Source of the DNA: Glycera tridactyla
Lineage: Eukaryota
Direction: 5' to 3'
Assembly: GCA_965644265.1 (NCBI GenBank)
Contig: OZ286472.1
Span: 26,226,001 to 26,290,000 of the forward strand
DNA length: 64,000 bases
Shown one piece after another: positions 38,215 through 49,320 of this stretch (positions are counted from its first letter, which is position 1; every line of letters starts with the position of its first letter). Made by a program: the position numbers and the translations under genes. The notes under the pieces were generated by a model, which had not been told where the DNA came from, ran no database searches, and saw only the letters and a list, made by a program, of their open reading frames with translations.

Positions 38215-39234
38215 CTGGGTACTATCCATTCACATCAACATTCAAGACATCTTGATCCTCAGGTTCAAAGTGAAATTGACTGTATTGATCTACACCTGAT
38301 TTCCACGAAAGATTGACGTAGCCTTATTACCACTGATGATGATGATTGATCTTTATTTATACAGGCGTCATACAGCTTGAGTCTACGAATGTGAGGTACA
38401 TGTAAACGTAAAGGTACCAACTTGTAATCTGTATGGCTCCTTTTGAATCCTTCGGATTATCATGATATACTGTGTAATATATCATCACCTAACTCCCTCC
38501 AATCCCATGCCATCAGCACGGGAATATTTGTGCAATTTGTATGCAGATATTGTTATCTGTCAATTACAGGGATACCAACCATCAGAGTATCGGAGCAAGC
38601 GCTGATTAAAATGTGGCAACAGATGGACAAAAAGGAACCAAATCACAAAAGCTTGTCTTAACGCAAATATTGCATCTGTTGGCATCCTCAAGATTCTGAT
38701 GTAAATAGCATTGCTACATGATATTTGGATCTTTCTCATAGTTGGCAGAAACTGTCTTCTTTGAGAGTTGAAGGGTTAAATCGTCATCAATACTGTTTTA
38801 GCTCATCAGCGGTTGGTATCCATGCAATTGTCCAAATGTACCTTTGTGGAAACCACCTATCTTGCATTCAAGGTTTATCATCACAGATTCTAATTTATCA
38901 GCCAGGAAGTTCCTATGTGTTTGCTTGAGAATGAGAATTCATTGCTGTTTATCCATCAATTTCTCATCCTGCACTTTCCTGGGTAAAAAGTGTTCATAGT
39001 TCGTTTCTTAACTGAAGCATTTCATCAAGATCAATCTAATTGATGGACTGATAAAATGATAATGAAAAAGAATAGTCTTTAGCAGTACTGTAATTGAAAG
39101 TCTTTGAGGGGGAAATTGGTCATGTATCTAGAACCTGTGATCAGGGCAGTTCATCGTTCAATATGATATCCTCATCAGAAGGCCTGCGGGGCTGCAATCA
39201 GGGTTCAGAGAAGGTCACCTGTCTCTTTTGCTCA

Positions 39235-39235
39235 G

Positions 39236-39286
<51 letters not shown>

Positions 39287-39344
39287 ATGCGTGTGTGTGT
39301 GTGCGTGCGTGCATGCATGCATTTGTGCGTGCATGTGTGTGTGC
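39235..39344. repeat. Compound (GT)n/(GCGT)n/(GCAT)n microsatellite
   Basis: Direct reading. Confidence 0.95.
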
Positions 39345-39683
39345 ATCTCAAGTAATGATATTTGAATTCATATATTCTCTTGGGATGTTTGACTCGAATA
39401 TTTGGTTGGAATTGATACCGTCCTTATAGGCTGCATATTCGTGGCTTTCATCTTTACTATATTCATTTTCACTCAGAAATCTTATCTGATGATTGTTTCA
39501 TTATTTTCTGTGAGAGCACTTAGTCCTTGGTCATAGTACTCTGTACTCAGATGCCCGTTCTACTAAGGATGTAGATGCACTCAGAAAACCATGGCTTGGA
39601 AGCACTCAAGTCATTTTGAGTACACTGACTTTTAGTCGAATTGGCCGCAGTTGTTCGAGAGTGCGTCCTGGGTGTGGTTAGTA

Positions 39684-39771
39684 CAGTTGAACTTGCCCTA
39701 AGCATGAAGCCATGGGAGGTCATTAAACTGTGTGTGCTTAGTACAAGTCTTGCTTAGAACAAATTTGACTG
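39684..39771. mobile_element. Short Tc1/mariner/pogo-type MITE, TA TSD
   Basis: TA-CAGTTGAACTTG ... CAAATTTGACTG-TA. Confidence 0.8.
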
Positions 39772-40575
39772 TAGTGCCTGTCGGCTGTATGGCACAACTG
39801 TGGGTGGTAGTTGTGCCATGAGTTCTGGCACAGGATCACATTCTCCAGTCTTGTGTGCACCTAGCTGCAGAGGGAATTAAATAGTGTATGGACATACATT
39901 GGGGACCCGGGTGAGAAGACATCTGCACTGGGCAGAAGGGCAGCACTTTGTCCTCATCGGGATACTTATAGGTCTTATTCAAATTTTTTATTGGCAGACC
40001 CGCAAAATGGCAAGTGCCGTACCCAGACAATGTGCATGCAATCGCTATGATGCTTTGATTTGTGGTGTATACAGCACCCAAATATGACTCAACCATGCCA
40101 TCTGTCTGCTGCTTTCCATGCGGTTCGAATGCACATTTTTCATTTCAGAACCTAGGGTGCCGAAAATGTACAAATCTGTTTGTCATTTCACCATTTTTGG
40201 TACCATCGGGGCATGTCACACCTTTCATCCAGTTTGGGCCTCGTTCTGGGAGAAGTTTTTTGCAAGAAATGCATCCGATTCTCAAATTTAAGGGGTAGAT
40301 GGCCCCAATTCAGGATCCTAGATGCAACCCTGCTGGTCAACCACAGAAAGAGTGTGGCAGTATTCTATGATGGTGCAAATATGGGTATTATTTTTTAATG
40401 GCAAAGCCATTGGTTTCTATTGGGTATCTATGTATGGAATCAGCATTGTGAGTAATTTCTTGTTATGGAATCAACTTCAGGTTGAGATGGGAAGCAAAAT
40501 TGGGAATTGATGAAGGATTTTTTTTTTGTTGAAAGGTAGGATTCATGTTTCTCACAGTGTATGTAACAGTTTCTT

Positions 40576-40617
40576 GTACGAGCTTTCAAAATGCATCCGC
40601 ACTCTTTCATCAGCTAC
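40576..40617 (-). ncRNA. Minimal hammerhead ribozyme motif with intact core (Penelope-type)
   Basis: Minus strand GTAG-CTGATGA-A-AGAGTGC-GGAT-GCATTTT-GAAA-GC-TC-GTAC; stem II 7 bp with two G-U pairs; stem I closing pair mismatched. Confidence 0.55.
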
Positions 40618-40700
40618 TGGCTACTGTATATTTGTTGTTGTGAGGTCATGTGACCCGGAAGTTAGAGAAGGATCTCATGATCTGGGGATCACCCCATATA

Positions 40701-40853
40701 CAGTCGAACCTCTCCATTAAGGCCACCTTCGGTCACATTTAAAAGTGGTCTTTGTAGGTGGTCTTTATAGGTCTTTTACTGTTGCGAACACTACCATGTT
40801 CACAGCTCAGGGTGGCCTCGATAGAGAGGTGGTCTTTAGACCAGGCTTGACTG
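40701..40853. mobile_element. Tc1/mariner/pogo-type MITE, TA TSD
   Basis: TA-CAGTCGAACCT ... AGGCTTGACTG-TA. Confidence 0.88.
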
Positions 40854-41822
40854 TATACTAGGGAGGGTGTGTCGGCCCCTGTAGGATTTGATATTTGTAT
40901 TCGTGTATGCTAACTGTGAAATCTTGGTGAAATCTGCGAGCAAATAACATTAATTAAACTATATTTCATAATACATGGTATACAAACTACATTTTCAGAA
41001 ATCATAGATTTTCTTGTGAAGTTTCACCTAAAATTTGGCAAGACATCAACCACCTGTGAAGTAGCCAGCTGACAATAACGCACAAGTGTTGTGTTTGCCA
41101 CCATGGACTGGCACGAGTTCATGGGCACAAGAAATAGGTATTAGCCCGACACTTTCTGTGTAGTGTAGCCATGAATGAGTGCTGGTCCAGGATGGCGATC
41201 AAACATGAGTTTGGTGTTGTTTTATCACATGATAACGTTTTACCATGACACAATGCAATTCAATTTTTTATTAATAAAAGTTTGACATTCGTGGATTTGT
41301 TTAGAATATGGAAGCATGCACTATGTAGCCCCGGAAAGTAGAGTTTGGTCATGTGGGGAGAGTGTGGTCCGTTCCAGCATTCCACAATCATGAAAACGAA
41401 CCATACCACACTCTGGCAAAGTGGAGAACACATCCGATCACGTGAGGCAACTCTCTCAAATATGGCAGCTGGATGATCCGAACTGCAAATCAAGTGATTT
41501 TACATAGATCCATTTAAATCATCTCCCATTGCATTGAAATATCTCAAATGTCTGGTGTTTTTTTTCTTGTTGAGCAGCAGTTTTACTTAGTTCAGCTGAA
41601 TGTGCTTGATTTGAAAAACTTTCTCAGAGAACATTCATCTCATTCAGACATTGTACAGCTATGCATCGATGACCCAGATATCAGTCGGAGAATGATGGCA
41701 TGTATTTAATGTAAGGCTTCAGTAGTATGTAATGAATCCCAGCATGTGATTCCTATATGCATGTCTTGATAATCAGTATGTAATGTTTTTAATGATCATT
41801 TTATGTTTTATTCCTGTTGTAG

Positions 41823-41915
41823 TTACTTGAGGAGCAACAACAAATAGAAAATCATCGGAACTCCCTCACAGTCTTCAGTGTGATAAGCTCTACAGGAAAC
41901 ACGAGCGTAGCATAG
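41823..41915 (+). CDS. DOCK9: DOCK-D terminal coding exon
   Basis: TTCCTGTTGTAG acceptor, phase 0 matching exon J; LLEEQQQIENHRNSLTVFSVISSTGNTSVA*; NSLTVFSVIS resembles the NSLHIFNAIS motif I recall for DOCK9. Confidence 0.8.
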   Translation, partial: LLEEQQQIENHRNSLTVFSVISSTGNTSVA

Positions 41916-43288
41916 CAACGGTCCACCATCTTCATCATCATCATCATCTTCATCATCGACATCAGCATCATCATCTTCAGGATTGTGAGATGTTCTTCGG
42001 TCATGGGGGGAATATGTTTATCATCCTTATCATTAGCATCTGCGCGTATATTTCATGTATCGACATTATGCGCACAATTACTCCCATCATTCATCAGACT
42101 GTATCTCATCGCTGATGTGTATACAGTCACCTTGCATTTTAGATGCAGTCCAATTATTTGTGATAGCTTCCTAAATACGTTCTTCCCATCAAGTGTATCT
42201 TGCTCATTCACATCAATATTGGGGTTCATTGGTGCCCAATACTGGAACATCCTTGTTCCACGATGACTACATACGCTAATTTCATGATTTGCATGATCCT
42301 TAGAATTCCGGGAATATCTTAACCCTATGTCCCGTGCTAAAAGACACATAGAATTTTAAAAGGGCACATGCACCCATGTGTACTGTGCTCTAATGGCACA
42401 TTTGCTTCTGTGTACTTTGATATGTTTATATGGTTTGAGTACATGAAGAAAATAAAAGGCACATGAAAACCCAAATTTCTGTGCCCAAAATGCCCATATA
42501 TTTTCCCTAGTCAGGTGGTTGTTATTGCTTTAAGACAGAGAACCCTATGGGCCAGTACAGTACTGTACCTCATACTCTGAAAAGTTAAGTCCATAAGATA
42601 ATTTTTTTCCTCATGATACTTTTATTTGAGTATAAAACATGACTTTAGATTCTTATCAGTGATTAAATAATGTTAGGACACCATTATCAAAGGTACTTTA
42701 TTCCTCAGAAAGAGTATCAGCTAGGGCATGCACACTATCTGGGAAGATTGTAGAAATTTGCCTCAGTCACTGCATCTCTTGTCATCCCGCAATCAGCCAA
42801 ACATGATAATCGTTCAATTTATCACGCATCACATCGTTCATTGTATAATATTGTACAGAGAGGACTTCACTCACATTAGTTTATTTCACCACCACTATTT
42901 GGTCTGCTCAGCCACGTTCATGAGTTGTTTTTTTGCTCAAATTGCTCACATCATTTGTGAAAATGAGATGAGGGGATGTATGTACATGTAGTGTTATATT
43001 ATCAATGATGGATTCGTAAGCAACCATCATATTCTTGGGTGCTGCAATCCCTTAAGTTGTTAGTCGATATTTGTTATAAATCTTTCAGCTACTTTCACTG
43101 GACAACCTCCCTGGTTCCTCATCATCTTGTGTTCAGGGTTTGTGGGAGTGATGCCTGCAGAGGACATAGCATCCATCTATCACAGATCAGGAATATCTGG
43201 TACACATAATCTTTTGGGTTGATGTGTGCCATTGAGCCCCGACCAACAATTCAATCATTTACCGTGGCTCGTTATAAAGTAAGCTTTA

Positions 43289-43490
43289 CATCTGATACTG
43301 GATATATCTACCCTCGAATATCCTGATCCAGCCTCAATAGGGTGATCATGTGACGCATCTGATACTGGATATATCTACCCTCAAATATCCTGATCCAGCA
43401 TCAATAGGGTGATCCTGTGACGCATCTGATACTGGATATATCTACCCTTGAATATCCTGATCCAGCCTCAATAGGGTGATCCTGTGACGC
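43289..43490. repeat. 67-bp minisatellite, 3 copies
   Basis: CATCTGATACTGGATATATCTACCC... at 43289, 43356, 43423. Confidence 0.95.
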
Positions 43491-44089
43491 AAGTGTTTAA
43501 AGTGTAAATGTATTGGTTTGCTGTCAGAAATCCTTTAAAATTTCATCCAACTTTGGCAGGCCTGATCAAGCTTTGGCCTTTCCCATTTCTCTGTGGAGTA
43601 CATGTATACAACCATAAACACTGAGTTAACTGTATTGAGTATGCACTTTAGATTCTACATCACAGCCTATAGCCATGTATCCATTCACACCTGGGTAAAG
43701 TGGAGTAGTGGAGCACAGAGTCCACTCAGTTACAACCAATACAAGGGAGAAGCGTTGATCATGGAGATTTGTGTAATGGTGCAGATCTTGTATTGTATGG
43801 TGAACTTTGTCTATTTTGTTACCCATCCCATGAGTCCATTTCATGATTATAGACAATGCTCTTCAATTGAGAACTGGAGTGACTGCGCCTAACATGATAT
43901 TTATTGCTTCTCAGACAAATAGTACTCTTCAACACATTTCTCCTTCTTTACTTCATTGTACACCCCCATATTTATAATACAGAAGTATTATGTAGATGTT
44001 CGTTGTATCCCATGTTATCTTTGCCATGATGCACGCAGTGCCTAGAGAACATATATCCAACACTGAGAAATTGGGATAAAAATGCAGCC

Positions 44090-44310
44090 GTTGTAGATGT
44101 AGCAAATTGGGGGTATGGACTAGGATGTACCTTCACGTATTGTCTAAGGAGATATCTCCACCACAAAGAAACTTGGATGAATTATGGAGTTATTATTGAT
44201 GTAGCAAACCAGGGGTATGAACTAGGGTGTAAACTTTACCCTTCTGTAGTGTTTAAGGAAATATCTCCGCCAGTAATTATGGAGTTATTATAGATGTAGC
44301 AAATTGTGAA
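44090..44310. repeat. Diverged ~100-bp tandem repeat, ~2.3 copies
   Basis: GATGTAGCAAA at 44096, 44198, 44293 with shared AATTATGGAGTTATTA and GATATCTCC/AATATCTCC blocks. Confidence 0.7.
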
Positions 44311-44366
44311 GTGTACACTTAAGGGTGTACTCTTTGCCCCTGTGTTAGTGTTCTGCTGGCAGGCTT

Positions 44367-44480
44367 TGTAAATAGCTGTATAAAGCATATAATTATTATG
44401 TACATAAAGGGCTAGTTTTCCATTATTCGCAATTTTTTATGTAGTTCTACTATTCTTAAGATGAAATAAGATGAAATAAA
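44367..44480 (+). promoter_or_regulatory. Candidate DOCK 3' UTR end: Pumilio-type elements and poly(A) signal
   Basis: TGTAAATA (44367), TGTACATA (44399), AATAAA (44475) in U-rich context; other AATAAA sites exist, so position is uncertain. Confidence 0.35.
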
Positions 44481-46900
44481 TAACCATTGTCATCATGATT
44501 TAGTTTCATGGTTCTATGACAGTTGTTGTATTTATGCCTAGCAAATATGACATATGATTTTCCACTGGGACATCCAATAAACCACAAATTGTCATCAAGC
44601 CAGTCCTGAAGTCAGATTCCTGAAGTCAGATTCAATATGACCATTTTGAATATAGGACAAGCACCTGCTGATGAATATGCGATGGATTGAATGAATCCAC
44701 AAGTCCACTCTGCATTGAAGGAGTTGATAGACAATAGATGGTTGCTTCATGCACATCATGGTTCATATACGATATGGAAATAAAAATTTCAGCCATTGTA
44801 AGAAAAAACATACACGGAAAGGAGAAACTAAGAAGGGGGCCTTTTGTTGCATTGGGGTGGAATACATGGATTTCATGACTAGAATTATCGTTTTTGGCCA
44901 AAGCTTGAGTGATTTGGCTATAAGTGGAATTGCTACTTCAGCCAAATTTGCTGACGGGAGTATTTTTCTAGTGCTAACATAGTGACAGCCAGAACCTGAA
45001 CTAGCTTGATAGACTGTATTTAGCAGCTGTGTCGAACCAGCAGTCCCCGAGTTGTGACTTCGGGTTCATTCAAAGCTAGATATATCTCCCAGTCACGCTC
45101 TCACACCAAATAGTCTCTTCTCCACTTGATTGTATACCAGTATCTTTAACTGTGACAATTTGCCGTTTTATGTCTGATGAACACATGCCAGATTGTGTTA
45201 TGTATACATGTATTTATGCAGTTGTATCTTCAGGGATATTGTAAAAAGCTATATCATTCATTGACACGAAAGACTTAGAAAGCCATTTGCTATGGATGCC
45301 AAGTGATGCTGTTGAATCTTCGTCAGAAGGTAGATTATTGGAATAGGCGGTAGTTTGTACACCGGCAGTGCAGCATTATGATAGGTCATGGATTATCGAA
45401 ATCCTTTGTTTGTACAAAAACGTAAGATGAGTTTGAGAACCTGTCATTCAGCTATGAGCAATCATGACGGGACAATCTGAGAGGCCAGTGTGATATGGTG
45501 TGAAGAATGGATTCTCTTTCTCAAATTTGAATTGTTTTTTATTTCCTCATCCATGATTCCTTCCAATTTACTGTATCTGATCATAAAATTCAAGTTAAGG
45601 AGTGATGACTCATATGACTGCTAATGATATTTTAAGAAAAATCAGCGACAACTAGAAACTATAATCAATTTTTTGTGTTCAAACCTGATTTTTGAAATTA
45701 GTCATATTAATGCGTTGGGAGGTCATTGTATGATTTCTTTCATACATCAAAAGAAGAGTGATCAAAAAGTTGAGATATCTGCTGCATGAAAAAAGCAAAT
45801 CTTTGAATAAAGACAAAGTGTGAAATCCCAAGATGGCTGCGCTATTGTTGAGACTTGCAGATTCTGATGTACGACTGTTTGTATAGTTTTCTAGAATTGT
45901 CCCATTTCAGATACTGTACCTATGCCCTTAATAATTGTTCGTGCACCAGCTTCATGATATTAAATCACTGCATCAGTATCATTATCTTAAGTGTTGTGAA
46001 AATTGATCGAGTCATTCATTGAATCAATTATTGACCATGTCAGTCGTTGGATAATCAAAAATGTCATCTGGTCTCATAACTCCATAAGAAACAAGGATGT
46101 ATTATAGGGATGTGATCCTTGATATGACTGCATCATCATCTTATGTTCAGTGTTTGTGAAAGTGATGCCTGCAGGGGACAGAACATCTAATAATGCCTTC
46201 AAACGGCCAATCATTCAATCACAAATGAAGAGTATTATTTTGATGTAACACTACAAGCTGACAAAAGGTATCCTGAAAACTGTTGAAACTCACTCATATT
46301 CCCTGGAGTACCGTACTGGATCTTTTGACACTAGGAGCAATGCGCATTTGCTAAAAATCAGCTTATTGAATTTTTAATGTGAATGGGTGAATCTTTATTG
46401 AAACCAAGTGACTCATTTTAGACCTATTTGAATGTTTTGATGTGGTCAATGGATTGATTCAGCGATGATATATGTAATGATCAAAATATGGATATTGCTT
46501 CATTGGCGGCTTTCATCAACCTTCTATTCCACCTAGTTGTAACCATATGGCATATCAGTGTCGCAGCAAATTATACTTCACATGTACACTATACTATTTT
46601 TTCATCCTCACTCTGTCTATAATTCATGTCCATTGAATAGTGCCTATACACTTTTAGAAGTACCATTTACTGATTTTATTGTATCAACAGCAAGATTTTA
46701 TGGCACAACCAGTATGAGTCATATTTTGTATGGATATTTGTATGTCGTCAATGTTTTGTATACTTGATGTATATCTGGGTAATGTTCGGTCCATAAGGGC
46801 TGGCTGGCTGTGTAATTCACGGAAACTCCTCTCTAACTGAAGATCCCCTCGAACTACATGAATCAGCCTGAGCAAATTATTGCCATCACAGCCTGAACTA

Positions 46901-47222
46901 CAGTCAAACTTATTCTAAACATGAGGCTGTGAGAATGTGATAGAAGATTTGTGCTCAGGGCCAGAGCATGATCAGTTCTGGCTTTGTACTTAGTGCAAGT
47001 TCATGCTCAGCACAATGATTTGTATTAAGAGCAAGTTCATGCTTAGTACAATGCTTTGTACTAAGAGTAGGGCCATGCTTAGTAAAATGTTTTGTGCTGA
47101 GAGCAAGTTCATGCTAAGTACATGTAATTAAGAATGTGAGCTGTTCAGCATGGATGGACTGAAAACTTTTGGCTACAATCAGTTCTTCCTATGGAAATTC
47201 TCGCTTGTGAAAAGTTGGACTG
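46901..47222. mobile_element. Tc1/mariner/pogo-type MITE expanded by an internal 36-bp tandem repeat
   Basis: TA-CAGTCAAACTT ... AAGTTGGACTG; GCAAGTTCATGCT.AG units at 46995, 47031, 47067, 47103. Confidence 0.75.
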
Positions 47223-47234
47223 ATCGAATAAGTA

Positions 47235-47394
47235 CAGTCAAATTTGTTCTAAGTAAAACTTGACTTATACTAAGCATGAACTTTCCCTAAGCAAATGTTT
47301 CTGTTCATCCCACCTGAGTATATCTCACTGTTACTTACCTCAGCTTTAAGCATTCACTTCCTTCATGTGCCTTCGCTTGGGACAAGTTTGACTG
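47235..47394. mobile_element. Tc1/mariner/pogo-type MITE
   Basis: TA-CAGTCAAATTTGT ... ACAAGTTTGACTG. Confidence 0.82.
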
Positions 47395-47709
47395 CAGGTG
47401 TCATTCTATATTCTGATGGCAGATTCTATCATCTAACCAGTCCCATCCAGCCACACTTTTGTTTTGATGTGTAATAAAATTGAAAGAAGTGGTTTACCTT
47501 CAACTCAGTTTTCCAAAAATAATCACACTCATTATCATTATTGGTTTCATATTACAGTGACACCTATGATGAGCATGCACTTTAAACTCCTTGATATTTG
47601 GTCTTTCAAGAAAGGTGCTTGCTTCTCGTAGGTATACATGCAAAGGAAACATCAAGAGTAGTAGAAAAATGCTTGCCCGACACGAATAATTGCTTCTCAC
47701 GATTTCTCT

Positions 47710-47764
47710 CACACACACACACACACACACACCACCACCACCACCACACCACCACCACACACAC
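47710..47764. repeat. (CA)n/(CAC)n microsatellite
   Basis: Direct reading. Confidence 0.93.
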
Positions 47765-48550
47765 TGCTTGCAAATGGTTCATCAGTTCATCAGAGGTTTT
47801 TATTATTACTGCTCGGTAATGCTTTTGTTTTGCATCACTGCCAAGAAATTGCATGCTTTTTTATTACCGATTGCAGGCATACAATGTTTTGGGATTGACG
47901 CAGCAGCGGTTTTTGTACAGATCATGTTATTTATAATCGGTTTGTGATGTCACAATGAGATAGGGAGTCATTTCATGCCCAGTTTAACCATGATTCCACA
48001 GCTTCGCGCTGTGACCTATTACTTTCCCAGTCCGTAGACTTTCTGCGCCACACGCCCTCTCATTCAGTGATGCTTGATGCTTGCTATAATTTCATGTGAT
48101 AATGATTTACAACACTCATTCTTGACACAGCCCTTCCAATTCCTCATCATTTTGTGTTCAAAGTTTGCGAGAATGAAGCCTGTATGGGAGAGAGCATCCA
48201 CAATTCTCTGGGTTAAACCTCCACTAAAAGAAAACCAAACTGGTTTCCCTAGACCGGAAATACATTGCATACATAATGCATACAAGTCAACCTGTGAATT
48301 GTCAAATGAGGGCATCAAAAATTTGGTTTTGTGTTGCACATCTCACTGTATTCTAAAGCAGAGAGTCAATGGGAATATTTTCCCATCATGATTTTACCTT
48401 TTATGGGTATCTACTCTGTGATCGCTATGTGAGCCTCTCTATTGGCTAAATATGTAAGCCTTTCTATTGGCTAAATATGCATGCACACAAGCTCAGTGGT
48501 TTGAAAATTTATTGCATCTGTAATGAGCTATGTAATTTCTTTGATGAGAT

Positions 48551-49320
48551 AAACAAGAGCACCGCAAAGCGGGGCATAATAAGCCATCGCCGTGATTAGT
48601 GAGGCAGACTTTTCTCATCTGGAATGGGATTTGACCTTTATTGCCGTGACTAGTGACACAGACTGTTTTAATCCAGAAATTGTCTGCAATAGGATTTTAT
48701 CTTTTTGCACTCGGTGACCGGGATCGAAGGTTATGACTGCGAAATCATAAGGCATCTTCCTAGACCCAAGGTTATCGTCCGGAAATGGTCCGGCCAGAGA
48801 TATGACTTTTTTGCACTCAGCGACCTTGAAAATCAAGGTCGCAACCCCACAATCGGAAGGCTTCCTCCCAGACCCAAGGTGATTAGGTATACAAAGTGGC
48901 AAATCAATAGCTCTAAAACTTTTTGAGTTATCGTCCGGAAATGGTCCGGACCAGAGATTTGACCTTTTTGCACTCAGCGACCTTGAAAATCAAGGTCGCA
49001 ATTCCACAATTGAAAGGCTTCCTCCCAGACCCAAGGTGATTAGGTATACCAAGTGGCAAACCAATGGCTCTTAAACTTTTTGAGTTATCGTCCGGAAATG
49101 GTCCGGACCAGAGATTTGACCTTTTTGCACTCAGCGACCTTGAAAATCAAGGTCGCAACCCCACAATCGAAAGGCTTCCTCCCAGACCCAAGGTGATTAG
49201 CTATACCAAGTGGCAAATCAATAGCTCTAAAACTTTTCGAGTTATCGTCCGAAAATGGTCCTCCGGACGCACAGACGGACGGACAGCGCCATAACATAAT
49301 ACGCCCGATGGCGTATAAAA
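48551..49320 (-). mobile_element. Second HINE / DINE-1-like element with 157-bp central tandem repeats
   Basis: Minus strand: TTTTT then hairpin ATACGCC-ATCG-GGCGTAT (49299-49316), GTCC/GTCT microsatellite, subTIR ATACGCCATCG vs ATAAGCCATCG (48579-48589), 3' hairpin CCGC-TTT-GCGG then CTCTTGTTT; units anchored at GCACTC 48707, 48813, 48970, 49127. Confidence 0.85.

Noticed and set aside
41910-41925. Stop-codon readthrough at TAG-CAA
   Set aside because: Context CAACGG does not match the CARYYA motif and the in-frame continuation is a repeat-derived poly-Ile
48615-49297. Repetitive ORFs on both strands
   Set aside because: Translations of the 157-bp HINE tandem repeat
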